Made by a program: the position numbers and the translations under genes
Notes under the pieces: model-generated
The model's database searches: none
What the model was told of the DNA's origin: nothing
Seen by the model: only the letters and a program-made list of their open reading frames with translations
Assembly (NCBI GenBank): GCA_005801425.1
Contig: SYDY01000115.1
Span: forward strand, 7,019 to 71,018
Length of the DNA: 64,000 bases
Origin: Bdellovibrionales bacterium
GTDB taxonomy: Bacteria; Myxococcota; XYA12-FULL-58-9; SYDY01
Reading direction: 5' to 3'
Shown here: piece after piece, positions 1 through 12,663 of the stretch
How the letters are laid out: every line of letters starts with the position of its first letter
Numbering within the stretch: the stretch's first letter is position 1

Positions 1-230
1 ATCAGATCAACCATCGTTGTTCGTCGCGTTACTGCCCGAGCACCATCACGTCTATTATCTAGATTTGTTTCCATTCTATTTAATCCCACAGGAAAATCGT
101 GCAGGCTTGTCGAAGGCCCACACTCTATTCAAAACAAATCCGTCGTTGAGTACTGTATGATTATCGTCGCGAAGTATAAAATGTTGTCTGAATATACAGG
201 ATATATTTACAAAGAAAGTAACACAAAAAC

Positions 231-800
231 TTACATAGTTACTGCCATGACACCGAGAAACACCAGCCAGCTTAGATCCATAAAGTGCCAATACCATGCA
301 CAAGGGCCAATCCAGACAGAAAAATGTGAGTTTTTTCCATACACACGCCACAAGATCAGCGTTCCCAGAACACCTGCAATCACATGCAAAGCGTGAAGGC
401 CGGTAAGCATGTAAAATGTAAACGCCACCATGTTTTTGGCGGCCGGCGACAGCAAGCGTGCAGTAAGAAGCATCCAAGCCAGGGCCTGAACTAGCAAAAA
501 AGCGATACCGAGCAGAACCAAGCGCAGCAAACCTCTCTGCAGGACGCCTGAGCTTTTACCTGCACGCTCTGCGGTAGAAAGCTTGGCTGCTGCCAGGCTA
601 CCGCAGAGTAAAATACCGGTCGCCACATAGACCGGCCACGGCAATCCACCGCCCTCACCAAGATGCCACGCACCCTTGGAAATATTCCAAACAACAGCAT
701 AGCTGATCAGAGCAGTAATAAAGAAAATCGAGAATGAAACGATGGTAATGGCCATCGCCAAACGAGCACTGCGACGCTGTGGGATTAAATTACTTTCCAT
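231..800 (-). CDS. Cytochrome c oxidase subunit III-like protein (second CoxIII-family gene at the operon end)
   Basis: 189-aa multi-TM protein. It carries the C-terminal 'YWHFMDLSWLVFL' motif typical of heme-copper oxidase subunit III and sits last in the cox operon. Confidence 0.6.
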   Translation of the reverse strand: MESNLIPQRRSARLAMAITIVSFSIFFITALISYAVVWNISKGAWHLGEGGGLPWPVYVATGILLCGSLAAAKLSTAERAGKSSGVLQRGLLRLVLLGIAFLLVQALAWMLLTARLLSPAAKNMVAFTFYMLTGLHALHVIAGVLGTLILWRVYGKNSHFSVWIGPCAWYWHFMDLSWLVFLGVMAVTM

Positions 801-1173
801 GGTCCGCAGCGGACCCCTCAGTAGGAACCTTTGCTTTCAAGGTTTCATGCCATTGAATAGTATCTTGATATTCAGAGGTATCCAACAATGCAAATCCCAG
901 GAATAATCCCATAAAAATAATGGACGCGAAAAATGCCACACGAATAAAACCACCATCGTAAGCAAGGTGCATGAAGTAGGCTGCGACCAGCCCTGCTTTG
1001 ATGGTGGCAATCATCATAGCAATCATGATGTTCATGCTACCGAGATCAATTGACCGCACCACGACCGTGACAACGGTCAACACAAGAAGTGCGATAAATG
1101 TCCCCATCAGCGTACTTATAGGGGCTATATGCGCATGGGTCGCGCCGGGTGTCTCATTGTCATGCGAAGACAT
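790..1173 (-). CDS. caa3-type cytochrome c oxidase subunit IV (small membrane subunit)
   Basis: Small two-TM protein immediately after coxIII. The likely start is MSSHDNE at 1173, preceded by an AGGAG RBS; the longer ORF to 1245 would overlap coxIII. Confidence 0.5.
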   Translation of the reverse strand: MSSHDNETPGATHAHIAPISTLMGTFIALLVLTVVTVVVRSIDLGSMNIMIAMMIATIKAGLVAAYFMHLAYDGGFIRVAFFASIIFMGLFLGFALLDTSEYQDTIQWHETLKAKVPTEGSAADHGK

Positions 1174-1184
1174 AACACGCACTC

Positions 1185-1898
1185 CTAATCGATGAGATAA
1201 AGCAAAGGAAACAGAAAGATCCACACAAGATCCACAATGTGCCAATACAAAGCTGTGTATTCCACCGGACCAAAATACTCAGATGAAAAATCACCGCGCG
1301 CCGTTCGAACAATCATCCAAATAATGACGCCAATACCTGCCAGCACGTGAATACCGTGCAAACCCGTCATACAAAAATAGATGCTAAAAAATAAATGGAG
1401 GTTGGCAGGTTTTTCCAAAACCTCACCGTGCGCCTCACCGAGAACTTCTCGAAGCGCTTCAGCAGACGGCGCAAATGATTCACCCCACGTAAGCCCCATA
1501 TGAAACTTATGGGTATACTCAATGTACTTGATGACCATAAACGCCGCAGCGCAGAGCAGGGTGACCACCAACATGCCCACCGCCAAACGGCGCTGATTGA
1601 GCTGCACCGCGCGAACAGCCCAGGCGATGGTTAAACTACTCAGGATAAGCACCACCGTATTGATGGCGCCCATCGTGGTATCTAAGAAAAAATGCGCGTA
1701 TCGAAAAATTTCAGGGTGATTGAAACGATACACCGCATAAGCACAAAACAATCCGCTGAAAAACAATACTTCGGTAACCAGAAACAACCAGATACCCAGT
1801 TTTCCTGCATCGTATTGCTGTTGTGGCGAACTAAAGTGATGCGCCAGAAACGACGGATGGCCGCCGTGATCATTCTCATTGTGATGATTGTTGGACAT
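1185..1898 (-). CDS. ctaE: Cytochrome c oxidase subunit III
   Basis: 237 aa with 7 predicted TM helices. It has the conserved 'LYWHIVDLVWIFLFPLLYLI' C-terminus. Confidence 0.85.
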   Translation of the reverse strand: MSNNHHNENDHGGHPSFLAHHFSSPQQQYDAGKLGIWLFLVTEVLFFSGLFCAYAVYRFNHPEIFRYAHFFLDTTMGAINTVVLILSSLTIAWAVRAVQLNQRRLAVGMLVVTLLCAAAFMVIKYIEYTHKFHMGLTWGESFAPSAEALREVLGEAHGEVLEKPANLHLFFSIYFCMTGLHGIHVLAGIGVIIWMIVRTARGDFSSEYFGPVEYTALYWHIVDLVWIFLFPLLYLID

Positions 1899-1936
1899 TG
1901 CTGTCTCGCCTGCCTCTTCTTGCTTCGAAGTTCAAA

Positions 1937-3568
1937 TCAGCTATTAATAACCTGTTTTGCGCGATAGCCACCGAGTTTTTCATCAAACACCAAATTTGTA
2001 TGGTCGTACGGGTTTTCCATTGGTGGTGGCACATCAAAGTTGTTGAAAGGTGGTGGTGATGAACACTTCCATTCGTTGGTATTCGCACCCCATGGATTCA
2101 TCGGCGCAGGCTTACCCCGTACCAAGGAATGTAGCAGGTATGAAAACATCACAAAAAATGTGATAAACAACATCACAGCACCTATCGTAGAAAGCTGATG
2201 CAAGAATTGAAAACGTTCAGGATAGTCAAAATAGCGCCGTGGCATACCACGCGTGCCGAGCACAAACTGCGGGAGAAATGTCAGGTTGAAGCCAATGAAA
2301 ACAAACAGGCAGCACACGCGTGCCAGTGCTTCATTGTACATTTTGCCAAACATCTTAGGCCACCAGTAGTGCAAGCCCCCCATGAAAGCCACGGCAGTGC
2401 TGCCCATCATCACGTAGTGAAAATGCGCGACTATAAAGTAGGTATCGTGCAAGTGGATATCAACGGACAAGGTTCCCAAGAAAAGCCCCGTCAAACCACC
2501 AATGCCAAACAAACTGATAAATGACAGCCCATAACACATGGGCGTATTGAGCACGATAGCGCCCTTGTACATGGTTGAAAGCCAGTTAAAGACCTTAATG
2601 GCCGACGGGATCGCGACAGTAAAAGTAAGCGCGCTAAACACCACGCTCGCCGCAACCGACTGGCCCGATGTAAACATATGGTGGCCCCAAACCAGGAACC
2701 CAAGGATCGCAATAGCGATACTGCTGAAAGCAATGAAACGATAGCCAAAAATTTCTTTGCGACTCCCCGCAGCGATCAATTCCGAGACAATCCCCATCGC
2801 TGGAAGAATCATGATGTAGACCGCTGGGTGCGAATAAAACCAAAAGAAATGCTGAAACAAAACAGGATCGCCACCAAGAGCTGGGTCAAAAACACCGATG
2901 TGGGCGACACGTTCAACGATAAGCAACAAACCCGTGATGCCTAGCACTGGCGTTGCCAAAACCTGAATCAGCGCAGTGCCATAAATGGCCCACAAAAACA
3001 GCGGCATCTTAAACCAGGTCATCCCTTTCGGACGCATCTGATGGATTGTCACAATAAAATTCATGCCAGTAAAAATAGAGCTAAATCCAAGCACGAAAAC
3101 GCCCATCAATGCGGAGACCACCGACGAGTCTGCGGTAGTCGTTGAATAGGGTGTATAAAATGTCCAGCCCGTTTCGATACCGCCACCTAAAAGCGAAACC
3201 AAAAAGAAAACGGCACCAGCCATCCATAGATAAAATGACGCCAAATTCAAACGTGGAAATGCGACGTCCTGAGCACCCAGCATAATAGGTAGCACAAAAT
3301 TACCAAATGCCGCTGGAATGCTTGGAATGATAAAGAGAAAAACCATCACCGCACCGTGCAAAGTAAACATACGGTTGTAGGTGGTCGGATCCATAAACTG
3401 CTGCCCCGGCTGAAACAGCTCCAAACGAACCGCAAGCGCAAACAAACCGCCGAGTGCAAAAGAACTTAATACCGCCGTCAGATACATCACGCCTATGCGT
3501 TTATGATCCAGCGTCAAAAACCATGATTTCCAGCCCTTGCTACAGGTAAGGTAATTTGTAGTACTCAT
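1937..3568 (-). CDS. ctaD: Cytochrome c oxidase subunit I
   Basis: 543 aa. '[32 protein letters not shown]' and the His ligand pattern are diagnostic of heme-copper oxidase subunit I. Confidence 0.95.
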   Translation of the reverse strand: MSTTNYLTCSKGWKSWFLTLDHKRIGVMYLTAVLSSFALGGLFALAVRLELFQPGQQFMDPTTYNRMFTLHGAVMVFLFIIPSIPAAFGNFVLPIMLGAQDVAFPRLNLASFYLWMAGAVFFLVSLLGGGIETGWTFYTPYSTTTADSSVVSALMGVFVLGFSSIFTGMNFIVTIHQMRPKGMTWFKMPLFLWAIYGTALIQVLATPVLGITGLLLIVERVAHIGVFDPALGGDPVLFQHFFWFYSHPAVYIMILPAMGIVSELIAAGSRKEIFGYRFIAFSSIAIAILGFLVWGHHMFTSGQSVAASVVFSALTFTVAIPSAIKVFNWLSTMYKGAIVLNTPMCYGLSFISLFGIGGLTGLFLGTLSVDIHLHDTYFIVAHFHYVMMGSTAVAFMGGLHYWWPKMFGKMYNEALARVCCLFVFIGFNLTFLPQFVLGTRGMPRRYFDYPERFQFLHQLSTIGAVMLFITFFVMFSYLLHSLVRGKPAPMNPWGANTNEWKCSSPPPFNNFDVPPPMENPYDHTNLVFDEKLGGYRAKQVINS

Positions 3569-4566
3569 GGCGCCGCGCCTCCTTGCGCTGAGAGGCTCTT
3601 CATATATGCAAAAAGAACGCGCATCTGCTCTGCATTCATTTTACCTTCATATGTAGGCATGACCGGATTGTAGCCAGCCACAACCTTGGCCTTGGGTTCA
3701 TATATCGATTCACGAATAAAATTCTCTTCAGCGACAATTTTGGATCCATCGGACAAGGTCACTGTTGAACCAAAAAGATCTTTAAATGTTGGACCAATGC
3801 CCTTGGAACCATCGACCGAATGGCATTGTTTGCAGCCGCTTGTTTCAAATACTTTTTTGCCCGCTTCTTCTGGCGGCAATTTCGCAATATAATCCGACGC
3901 CTCAGCAAGCCACTTGTCAAACTCAGCTTGCTCGTGAACCACCACCTGTGCCCGCATCATGGAGTGATTTTGTCCGCAATACTCGGCGCAAAAGATATCA
4001 AATGTTCCTGTTTGGGTCGCGTTAAACCAAAGGCTGGTATAACGCCCCGGAACCACATCCATTTTTGTTCGAAATGATGGGATAAACATGCTATGCAGCA
4101 CATCTTCCGACTGCATCATCAAGCGCACATTACGATCTTTAGGAACATGTAATGCCGCATCGGTATAACCGTTGGGGTACTCAAAACTCCAACTCCACTT
4201 GCGACCTGTAACATAAATATCATACGTGTCTGCAGGCGATTCTCGCATGTCTATATATTTTACAGCACCCACGTAAAATAAAACAACCAAGACAATCGAT
4301 GGGATCACTGTCCACGAGATCTCAAGAATATCGTTATGCGTCGGTGATGGCTGCGGGACTAACACTTTCGATTTTCGAAACCGAACCACCAAAATAAGCA
4401 TCGCCAGCATGATGCCAACAAACGCAATGGTGCAAATCCACAGGATGAGGTCGTAGACAAAGTCCACGCTCCCCGCCACCGTAGAGGCCTGTTCTGGAAA
4501 CCAAAATCCTTCGCCCGTCGTTGCAGCAACCACTGCATTCGCCAGCGTTAACATCTGTACTAACAT
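3565..4566 (-). CDS. ctaC: Cytochrome c oxidase subunit II with fused C-terminal cytochrome c domain (caa3-type)
   Basis: CuA site '[12 protein letters not shown]' plus a C-terminal heme-c motif 'CKQCHSVDG'. It overlaps coxI by 4 nt. Confidence 0.9.
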   Translation of the reverse strand: MLVQMLTLANAVVAATTGEGFWFPEQASTVAGSVDFVYDLILWICTIAFVGIMLAMLILVVRFRKSKVLVPQPSPTHNDILEISWTVIPSIVLVVLFYVGAVKYIDMRESPADTYDIYVTGRKWSWSFEYPNGYTDAALHVPKDRNVRLMMQSEDVLHSMFIPSFRTKMDVVPGRYTSLWFNATQTGTFDIFCAEYCGQNHSMMRAQVVVHEQAEFDKWLAEASDYIAKLPPEEAGKKVFETSGCKQCHSVDGSKGIGPTFKDLFGSTVTLSDGSKIVAEENFIRESIYEPKAKVVAGYNPVMPTYEGKMNAEQMRVLFAYMKSLSAQGGAAP

Positions 4567-4572
4567 TGCCGC

Positions 4573-5409
4573 CTACCCATCTGTTCCGTGGGGTTGCTTA
4601 ACACGCCGACGTCGACCCCAAAGCCATCCGCCACTGATATACAATCCCAGGGTGAGCACGGTAAGTGCCCCCCCCACTCTCATGATATTCTGCACCACAG
4701 GGGTGTATTTGCCCTGCTGTGGATCATAGTGAAAACAATAAAGAAGGATTTGGTCGAGGGGTGTTCCCAATCGTCCTGCAGCGGCTTCCACAAGCGACAA
4801 ACGCAGCGTTTTAGGATCGTATGCCACACCATATAGATAGCGTGAAACAATGCCTTCCGGTGTCACCACCATGACTGCCGGTGCGTGTGCATATTCACCC
4901 GTCTCTTTCACGAGGCCATAGCCAAAACCGACGCTGTTCGCCAAAGCCCTGACGTTCACTTCATCCCCCGTAAAAAAGCGCCAACCACGACCGGTGTCAG
5001 GACGCTCGTATTGCATCAAATAACGGGTTTTGGTTGCCTGGATTTTTTCGGGTGTTTCTTTGGGATCAAGACCGATCGTCACTATATTAAATTCTTTGCC
5101 GATGCTCCATTTGAGTTCCTTCAGGCCATCCAGAAAGCCATTGAGCTGAACGCTGCAAAGCATAGGACAATCTGAATAATTGAACGTAAGCAATACTGGC
5201 TTGCCGTCAAACACTTCGCGCAATCGCACTTCAGAACCATCCTCAGCGCGGAAAGGCAAATCCAAATTAATTTTATCGCCACGTTTCTCATCAATACGAA
5301 TTGCTTCAATCGCTCCAGGCATGGCGGGATCGGCAGCACGCAATGCACCATGATCGGCTGCACCAGCGCCAACCAAGGAAAGCACCGTCATGAAGCTCAT
5401 CCAACTCAT
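4573..5409 (-). CDS. SCO1/SenC family copper chaperone
   Basis: 'FNYSDCPMLCS' CxxxC motif plus a downstream conserved His in a thioredoxin-like fold. It lies between the ACIII and cox operons. Confidence 0.85.
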   Translation of the reverse strand: MSWMSFMTVLSLVGAGAADHGALRAADPAMPGAIEAIRIDEKRGDKINLDLPFRAEDGSEVRLREVFDGKPVLLTFNYSDCPMLCSVQLNGFLDGLKELKWSIGKEFNIVTIGLDPKETPEKIQATKTRYLMQYERPDTGRGWRFFTGDEVNVRALANSVGFGYGLVKETGEYAHAPAVMVVTPEGIVSRYLYGVAYDPKTLRLSLVEAAAGRLGTPLDQILLYCFHYDPQQGKYTPVVQNIMRVGGALTVLTLGLYISGGWLWGRRRRVKQPHGTDG

Positions 5410-5699
5410 TGCGACTTTGTCATCTCCCGAACAACCAAATGCTTGGCTTCTTCGATAGGAATGCTCACCCTGCCTACTTCGCGATCAATAAAACGATAAC
5501 CAGGCATAGATGCCTGCTGCACAGCGGCACGTTCTGAGGCCTGTTTGTTTGCCTTTGCTGTACGCGATGCCACATCGAATTCCATCACGATCATGTTAGA
5601 AAACGCCCAGGTGGCGAAAATAGACGCCACAACGATTGCCGTACCGCCTGCGAAAACCCAACCCAAAATACGGGTGTTAATGGATTCGTGTTCGACCAT
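5406..5699 (-). CDS. Small single-TM hypothetical protein; possibly an ActG-like or cox-associated accessory subunit
   Basis: 97 aa with one N-terminal TM helix. It overlaps sco1 by 4 nt, and its position between actF and sco1 suggests co-expression. Confidence 0.4.
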   Translation of the reverse strand: MVEHESINTRILGWVFAGGTAIVVASIFATWAFSNMIVMEFDVASRTAKANKQASERAAVQQASMPGYRFIDREVGRVSIPIEEAKHLVVREMTKSQ

Positions 5700-5743
5700 C
5701 TCGCAATTCCTTTAATATGCACATGGTGCAGCAAGCTGCATCT

Positions 5744-6985
5744 CTACTGGTTCTGCAACGACAACGATTCCGACAGCATCGGGTCATTGGCTGCAACCAA
5801 TGACACATTGCGACCCGCATGGGCAAAACATGCAATCAGCACACCAACAAACCCAATCGTGCTGCCAAGCTCCGCGGCACCAAATACGGGTGTTTCCGCG
5901 TCATAAGCTGGCATCACCAGCCAATACAAATCAAGCCAATGCATCAACAGCATATAGCCTGCCCAAAACGTTAAGACCTTGCGATTACGTTTCGCATGGC
6001 GCGACATCAAACCCACGAAAGGGATAATGAAGTGGCCAAAAAGTAAAGCCAATGAGGCGTAGGCCCATCCGTGATTTAATCGGTGCAAAAACCATTCTGT
6101 TTCTTCAGGAATATTGGCGTACCAAATGAGCATAAATTGGGAAAATGCGATGTATCCCCAGAAAAATGTAAACGCGAAAAGAAACTTCCCAAGATCGTGA
6201 AAACGCTCGATCGTAACATATGCAGTCAGACGACCCGAAGCCTGCAAGGACACCATCAACAAGATCGCCGTCGCAAAGAAGCTCACAAGACAACCTGCGA
6301 AAAAATAAATCCCAAAGATGGTGCTGAACCATGTGGGCGTAAGCGACATAATAAAATCAAAGGCCGCAAACGTCGTTGTCAGTGCAAAAGCGATCATTCC
6401 CGGCGCGCTAACCCGCTGCATGCTCAAGGACAATTCTGCACTTGGTGCCGCATCCTGGGCAATTGACTTTTTGCGAAAGTAGACAGCGAGAAGGGTCCAA
6501 AGACCAAAATAAATAGCGGCACGTACTGCAAAAAAATTAGCGTTCAAATAAGCAATTTTTTTATGGAGAAGATGGTCATCGTGCATCAATTGCACATCGG
6601 CCCATGGGAATAAAACAGGTTTCCCCGCCATCACTGATCCGAGAATCGGTAGAAACAGAATAAATAGAACAGGGAATGCGGCAGTCAGAAGCTCTGCAAT
6701 GCGACGAACAGTTGTACTCCAGCCTGCGCGAACAAGGTGGTGCAAAAGAACAAAGAACAGCGCCCCAAGCGTAATGCTCAAAGCGTAGGAAAATGCCAAA
6801 AGATAGGCGTGCATAAAATGCCGCACACCGTTTTCAGCGCCCAAAGTCACGAAAGCGGCTACGCCAATGCCAATCACGGCAAGCAATGCACCCACATTGC
6901 GCAGTTTCGAAGCTGCACATCCCAGATGCACATCATTGGCGCTGCCTGGGGTCTCCGTATGCTGAGCTATCATCATCTGCTCCAA
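5744..6985 (-). CDS. actF: Alternative complex III subunit ActF (NrfD-like membrane subunit)
   Basis: 413 aa, about 10 TM, NrfD/PsrC-like. It is the last gene of the act operon. Confidence 0.75.
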   Translation of the reverse strand: MEQMMIAQHTETPGSANDVHLGCAASKLRNVGALLAVIGIGVAAFVTLGAENGVRHFMHAYLLAFSYALSITLGALFFVLLHHLVRAGWSTTVRRIAELLTAAFPVLFILFLPILGSVMAGKPVLFPWADVQLMHDDHLLHKKIAYLNANFFAVRAAIYFGLWTLLAVYFRKKSIAQDAAPSAELSLSMQRVSAPGMIAFALTTTFAAFDFIMSLTPTWFSTIFGIYFFAGCLVSFFATAILLMVSLQASGRLTAYVTIERFHDLGKFLFAFTFFWGYIAFSQFMLIWYANIPEETEWFLHRLNHGWAYASLALLFGHFIIPFVGLMSRHAKRNRKVLTFWAGYMLLMHWLDLYWLVMPAYDAETPVFGAAELGSTIGFVGVLIACFAHAGRNVSLVAANDPMLSESLSLQNQ

Positions 6986-6991
6986 GTCTCG

Positions 6992-8260
6992 TTAGTTCAA
7001 TTGCGGCAACGCACGGGCTGGTACGTCGCTCACACCCGTTTCATGGCTTTTCTGCAATGCGCGGAGGTACAAAATAATCGCCCATCGATCTTGGGGCGGA
7101 ATTTGTGCACCATACGCCGGCATATTTCGGATCCCGTGCGTGATGGTATTGAAGAGCTGACCCTCAGGCTGCACAATAACATGCGGCTCGGTCACCTTCG
7201 TCGGCGCAACCCACGTGCCTTCAGCAAGCTTCTCGGCACGCTGCGCGACAGTTCCATCACTTAAACCGCTCACACCATGACAAGGTGCACAATACACACC
7301 AAAGCGCTGTTGACCGCGATCCATCAATGCATCCGAAATCGTCAGCTGCGCAGGAAATCCCTTAAGCCAGGCGTCGCCCTGTTTGCCCTGATAAAAAGCC
7401 ACGTCCTCTTGCAAGTCACCCATGGCAATCGTTCCTTCCACAGGAAGACGCGATGCACGACCATCAGCAAAAAGAGCATTGGCTGTTTGGGCACGCGACT
7501 TCGGCTGATTGTCCATGTCAGGAACGATGTGAATACGCGGCTTCGAAGAGGTACTAAAACGCGCTTTCGCCGCCAAAGAAAGCGGAATCAGTCCAAAAGC
7601 AAAGACCGAAGATGCCGCAATCACAAGCCAACCAGGAAATTTGGTTGCACTAGGCTTCGGACCCATCACAGTCTCGATATGCCCTGCACCCGCCGCCTGC
7701 AAAAGCGCGATAGTTGCACTTGCATTAAACTTAGGATCTTTCGCTTCGATGGAAATAAAAAATTTGTCGTTGGTCGCCCGTCCAAAACGCGAGACTGTAA
7801 GCAACGGGTGAAAAAGCATTGGCAAACGATTGAGCCCCAGCACAGCAAAGAATGTTGTGAAGGCCGCGAACAAAACACCGAGTTCAAAGGTCACCGGAAT
7901 ATTGGCGGGCAAACTGAAAAATGGTTTACCGCTGATATTCAACTTGTAGTCGTATGCATTGGTCCACCACTGCAACAGAAGCGCACAGGCAACACCCGCT
8001 AACCCCATCCCAAGCGTGAGCCAGGGCAAGCGTGTTGGACGAATGCCCATCGCATCATCAAGGCCGTGTATAGGAAATGGCGTGTGGCAATCCCACTTGC
8101 GGTACCCAGCATCACGCACCTTACGTGCAGCTGCAATAACACCATTTACGTCATCAAACTCCGCCAGGACGCCATAGGTCGGGGCTGTCTCGTTGGCGTG
8201 CATGTCATTGTGTGTATCGGAACTCATGATCGGGTCCCCGGCTCGGTCAATGATCGCCAT
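6992..8260 (-). CDS. actDE: Fused ActD-ActE: DUF3341 membrane protein plus monoheme cytochrome c
   Basis: The N-terminal part ('[40 protein letters not shown]') matches ActD/DUF3341 with TM helices. The C-terminal part has a single 'CAPCHG' heme motif, as in ActE. Confidence 0.75.
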   Translation of the reverse strand: MAIIDRAGDPIMSSDTHNDMHANETAPTYGVLAEFDDVNGVIAAARKVRDAGYRKWDCHTPFPIHGLDDAMGIRPTRLPWLTLGMGLAGVACALLLQWWTNAYDYKLNISGKPFFSLPANIPVTFELGVLFAAFTTFFAVLGLNRLPMLFHPLLTVSRFGRATNDKFFISIEAKDPKFNASATIALLQAAGAGHIETVMGPKPSATKFPGWLVIAASSVFAFGLIPLSLAAKARFSTSSKPRIHIVPDMDNQPKSRAQTANALFADGRASRLPVEGTIAMGDLQEDVAFYQGKQGDAWLKGFPAQLTISDALMDRGQQRFGVYCAPCHGVSGLSDGTVAQRAEKLAEGTWVAPTKVTEPHVIVQPEGQLFNTITHGIRNMPAYGAQIPPQDRWAIILYLRALQKSHETGVSDVPARALPQLN

Positions 8261-9662
8261 GGGCGTGGGCTTGAGGCATAATTGCCTTCACCTCAGCCAT
8301 GGCAATCATGGGTAGAAAACGACAGAACAACAAGAACAACGTTAAGAACAATCCGCAGCTACCGGCGAACATCCCAAAGTCCACAAGTGTAGGCTCAAAA
8401 TAGCCCCAGCTTCCAGGCAAATAATCCCGGCTAAGCGATGTAACGACAATCACGAAACGTTCAAACCACATGCCGATGGTCACGAAGAGACCTACGATCC
8501 ACATCATGATGGGCGATGTTCGCGCACGTCGTGACCAAAACAGCTGCGGCGAAATCACATTGCACGAAATCATAATCCAATATGCCCAAGCATAGGGGCC
8601 CAAAGCACGGTTCATGAAAGCGAAACGCTCATAACCATTGCCGCCATACCAGGCAACAAAAAATTCCACTGCATAGGCATAGCCGACCATGCAGCCCGTC
8701 GCCAAAATAACTTTGTTCATATTCTCAAGGTGACGGGTGGTCACCAAATGCTTGAATCCAAAATAGGCACGCGCTGGCACCACAAGCAGAATCACCATGG
8801 CAAAGCCACCAAAAATAGCACCCGCCACAAAGTACGGCGGAAATATCGTGGTATGCCAACCGGGGACCTGGGATACAGCAAAGTCAAAACTAACCACCGA
8901 GTGAACGCTCAACACCAGCGGCGTGGAAATAGCGGCAAGCAGCAGATAGGCGCGCTCGTACCGGTGCCATTGTCGATTTGAACCGCGCCACCCTAATGCA
9001 AAAATGCCGTAAACAAATTTCTTGGTATGCGTTTTTGCGCGATCACGAAATGTCGCCAAATCGGGGATCATACCCATATACCAAAACAACAGCGATACCG
9101 ATGCGTATGTGCCTACAGCAAAAACGTCCCACAAAAGTGGACTTCGAAAGTTTGGCCACATGCTCATCTGATTGGGCAGCGGGAACAGCCAGTACGCCAA
9201 CCAAATACGACCTACGTGCACGCCGGGAAAAAGCGCCGCACATATGACCGCAAAAATGGTCATCGCCTCAGCAAAACGGTTGATACTCGTTCGCCATTTT
9301 TGCCGGAGCAAAAAGAGAATCGCAGAAATCAATGTTCCTGCGTGACCAATACCGACCCAAAATACGAAGTTAACAATGTCCCACGCCCAAAAAACAGGAC
9401 TTCGATTGCCCCAAACACCAACACCGGTCACGATCAAATAACCGATCAAGGTGAAGAGCAAGCCGGTAAGACATGCCGTAAATCCAAACAACCACCAAAA
9501 TCCCGGTGGTGCTGTCGGTCGTTCAGCGATACCGCACACAGTTTCTGTAACCGCTGAAAAGGTCTGCTCGCCTTGCACCAAATGGGGCCTTTCAGTGGCC
9601 TCAAGAAGTGCTGACGCATGCGAATTAAGTGCTACAGTATTCATCTCGTCAGCCATCCCCAT
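8247..9662 (-). CDS. actC: Alternative complex III subunit ActC (NrfD/PsrC-like quinol-interacting membrane subunit)
   Basis: 471-aa polytopic membrane protein of the NrfD family between actB and actDE. It overlaps both neighbours by 14 nt. Confidence 0.85.
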   Translation of the reverse strand: MGMADEMNTVALNSHASALLEATERPHLVQGEQTFSAVTETVCGIAERPTAPPGFWWLFGFTACLTGLLFTLIGYLIVTGVGVWGNRSPVFWAWDIVNFVFWVGIGHAGTLISAILFLLRQKWRTSINRFAEAMTIFAVICAALFPGVHVGRIWLAYWLFPLPNQMSMWPNFRSPLLWDVFAVGTYASVSLLFWYMGMIPDLATFRDRAKTHTKKFVYGIFALGWRGSNRQWHRYERAYLLLAAISTPLVLSVHSVVSFDFAVSQVPGWHTTIFPPYFVAGAIFGGFAMVILLVVPARAYFGFKHLVTTRHLENMNKVILATGCMVGYAYAVEFFVAWYGGNGYERFAFMNRALGPYAWAYWIMISCNVISPQLFWSRRARTSPIMMWIVGLFVTIGMWFERFVIVVTSLSRDYLPGSWGYFEPTLVDFGMFAGSCGLFLTLFLLFCRFLPMIAMAEVKAIMPQAHAHGDH

Positions 9663-12600
9663 TCAATTCGGGATTCGGATTGGTGATCTTCGCAAGGAAC
9701 CGAGTACGCGGTTTGATATTAAGCTCGCCCAACATAGCATACGCCCTCGCGTTGCCATGATCTGCACGAACCACACTCTTGGGATCATTAAGATCGCCAA
9801 AAGAGATCGCGCCCGACGGACATGCCTGCTGGCATGCCGTTTTGATGTCGCCATCAATAAGCGCACGCCGCTCTGTCTTAGCCACCGTGCTTACATTGCG
9901 AATGCGTTGCACACAAAACGAACATTTTTCCATCACACCACGATGTCGAACGGTCACCTCAGGATTAAACTTGAGACGTTCCACCGCATGTTTTGGATCA
10001 TTGTCTATTTTTTTGTTGTAATTAAAATAATTAAAACGACGCACTTTGTAGGGACAGTTATTCGCGCAATACCGAGTTCCAATACAGCGATTGTAGGCCA
10101 TATCGCTTAAGCCTTCGGCGCTATGGACCGTGGCTGCCACAGGACACACCTGCTCACAAGGCGCCAGTTCGCAGTGCATGCATGTCACGGGCTGATGTAC
10201 GATACGCGGATCAGTAGGATCCCCCGCAAAGTAGCGATCAATCCGAATCCAATGCATCACACGGCCTTGCATGACACGCTCTTTACCCACCACGGGGATA
10301 TTATTTTCCGCCTGACATGCAACAACACAGGTACCACATCCAGTGCACGCGTTAAGATCGATAGCCATTCCCCAACGATGGCCTTCGTCGTACTTGTGCT
10401 CATTCCAAAGGGATGTGAGCGGCGGATGATGCACTTTGTGCTGCGCAAAATCAGGCTGCTTGCGATATTCGTCCAGTGTTGCAGAACGAATCAGTTCGCC
10501 AACACGCTCTGCGATCCCTTTTTGGCCGACAGTGTCAATGGCAAACTGATCTTGGGTCGTTGCGATCGGATAGGTTTTGCCTAATTTTTCAATGGTGATG
10601 CCACCGAAGAAATTACCTTCGACAGCTGACACCACCATAGGGCCAACATCGAAACCTGCAGATGCTACATCGGCGCTTTTAAGCCCACCGATATGTCCTG
10701 CATGGGTACGACCATAACCACGGGCGACTGCGATAGAACCAGGACATTGGCCTGGCATCACATAAACAGGCATGTCGATCTTGCGATCCCCACGCTTAAT
10801 GCGCACCATATCGCCGCTTTTCACATGAAGTTCGGCAGCGGTCGCAACAGCCATCAATGCGGCGTTGTCCCAAACCATCTTGGTCGCGAAATCAGGCAGT
10901 TCTTGCAACCAACCATTGTTGGCAAAACGTCCATCGTACACCGATGAAGATGGAAAGAGAGCAAGCTCCATGCCATCGGCCACAACAGCCTGCTCTGCTG
11001 GCAATTCCGACACCGGCCCCGTGAATACAGCAAGCGCAGAATTCGCCACACGGCCATCATGAACAGATTTACGCCAATCGCCTGGCGTTTTAAAAGCAGC
11101 CCGAACAGCTGTCTCAGACGATTCCGCTTCACCCAGCATCATCTGCAAGATTTCAAGGTCGTTTTTGGTATCGTACAACGGGTTAATCGTCGGTTGCGCG
11201 AGAAGCACCGATCCATCGTAACCACGACCGTCACCCCACGCCTCAAGTTCATGAGAACGCGGTACATGCCAACCACACAAGGCCGATGTTTCGTCTTCGT
11301 AAATTCCCAGACGGGCTGCAAATGGAACGGATTTGATTAGATTGCCCAGGCCGAGATCTGCCGGTGCATCGTAGACAGGATTGCCACCCACAATGATCAG
11401 CGTTTTGACGAGGCTGGCATCCATGTCCTTGGCCAAAGCAATCAATGCTTCACGATGCGATGGACGATCCCCATCATCTACCGCATGATACGACACGGTA
11501 TTACCTCGGGCACCCAGTGCAACATTGATCTGATGTGCCACTGCATGAACATAGGAAGGCTGCCCTGCACCCACGGTAATAAGTGCTTTCGCCTTGCTTA
11601 CGTTTAGCTCTTTGGCAAGCACCTTGATCATTTTTTCAGTGGGCGCATCGAACTTCGTGCCAGAAAAAGAACCCGTTCCAAGGCCAGCAACGCCGAGTTT
11701 GCCAAGCTCTGAACGCAAGGCCAACACAAAGTCCTGAATTTTAGCAGACTTAAGTTGCAAACGATGATCTGCGGCCGCACCTGTTTGCGATACACGGCTT
11801 TCCACCGCATACAAACGCACCATGCCGCCGGACTCCGGCTTACGCCGTGATGCAAATTGAACACTGTGCGCCACACCACCGGGATGAAGGGCCAACAGAT
11901 CATCATCAAGACATAGGATCGTATCGGCCTTATTCAAGGCATAAATGGGCTGCACAGAGCGACCAAAAAGTCGTTTAAGTCCGGCGCGCTGATTGTCCCA
12001 TGAAATCGATTCGTATTCGACGACCTGAAGCTTGGCATACTTCGCCTTAAGCCGCTGCAACAAATCCGCGCGCGCAGGCGACGAAGATGCCTCAACCAAA
12101 AGCCGGACTCCAGCGCCCGCATCGGCACTCGCCGTGAGCATCTGTAGTTTCAGCGCTTCACGAAAATCCTGCCAAGTCTTGGCAACGACGTTATTTCCGC
12201 GCCGCTCATGCAATGTTCGGCTGCGATCGGGATCGTACATGCCTAGGATGCTTGCTTGCGCATACGCATCGGTGCCACCGCCGGTCAACGGATCCGACGG
12301 ATTGCCTTCGATTTTCACCGGCCGGCCTTCGTACACCGTTGCGACCAACGACGACGCAACACCACCCATGTGACTGGCAGTCGCATAACGTTTTGGGACA
12401 CCATGAACATAGCCGGCAGGTGTTCGCGCAAAAGGAAGAATTTTTTCTTCCGGCCAGCGACATGCTGTACCACTTGCCAGCGCAAGCGACGCACCCATCA
12501 GCTGAATAAAACGTCGGCGATCGAATGTTCCAGGGCTGCTTGGATCGCTGCTTGGAAACTCGCGCGCCAAAAAGTCTTGAAATTCTGGTTCATCAGCGAA

Positions 12601-12663
12601 TTCAGAGAGACTTCGCCAATAGGCCTTATTAGAACTGTCGGATTTTTTATTTAGCGATGGCAT
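9649..12663 (-). CDS. actB: Alternative complex III subunit ActB (molybdopterin-oxidoreductase-like domain plus 4Fe-4S ferredoxin domain, Tat-exported)
   Basis: 1004 aa. Twin-arginine signal '[18 protein letters not shown]', a molybdopterin-oxidoreductase-like fold and C-terminal Cys clusters ('[11 protein letters not shown]', '[14 protein letters not shown]'). Confidence 0.9.
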   Translation of the reverse strand: MPSLNKKSDSSNKAYWRSLSEFADEPEFQDFLAREFPSSDPSSPGTFDRRRFIQLMGASLALASGTACRWPEEKILPFARTPAGYVHGVPKRYATASHMGGVASSLVATVYEGRPVKIEGNPSDPLTGGGTDAYAQASILGMYDPDRSRTLHERRGNNVVAKTWQDFREALKLQMLTASADAGAGVRLLVEASSSPARADLLQRLKAKYAKLQVVEYESISWDNQRAGLKRLFGRSVQPIYALNKADTILCLDDDLLALHPGGVAHSVQFASRRKPESGGMVRLYAVESRVSQTGAAADHRLQLKSAKIQDFVLALRSELGKLGVAGLGTGSFSGTKFDAPTEKMIKVLAKELNVSKAKALITVGAGQPSYVHAVAHQINVALGARGNTVSYHAVDDGDRPSHREALIALAKDMDASLVKTLIIVGGNPVYDAPADLGLGNLIKSVPFAARLGIYEDETSALCGWHVPRSHELEAWGDGRGYDGSVLLAQPTINPLYDTKNDLEILQMMLGEAESSETAVRAAFKTPGDWRKSVHDGRVANSALAVFTGPVSELPAEQAVVADGMELALFPSSSVYDGRFANNGWLQELPDFATKMVWDNAALMAVATAAELHVKSGDMVRIKRGDRKIDMPVYVMPGQCPGSIAVARGYGRTHAGHIGGLKSADVASAGFDVGPMVVSAVEGNFFGGITIEKLGKTYPIATTQDQFAIDTVGQKGIAERVGELIRSATLDEYRKQPDFAQHKVHHPPLTSLWNEHKYDEGHRWGMAIDLNACTGCGTCVVACQAENNIPVVGKERVMQGRVMHWIRIDRYFAGDPTDPRIVHQPVTCMHCELAPCEQVCPVAATVHSAEGLSDMAYNRCIGTRYCANNCPYKVRRFNYFNYNKKIDNDPKHAVERLKFNPEVTVRHRGVMEKCSFCVQRIRNVSTVAKTERRALIDGDIKTACQQACPSGAISFGDLNDPKSVVRADHGNARAYAMLGELNIKPRTRFLAKITNPNPELNGDG

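Noticed and set aside
76-477. 133-aa minus-strand ORF at the window start
   Set aside because: It overlaps the CoxIII-like gene (231..800) in another frame, has no recognizable motif and contains a Cys/Arg-rich low-complexity translation. It is most likely a shadow ORF.
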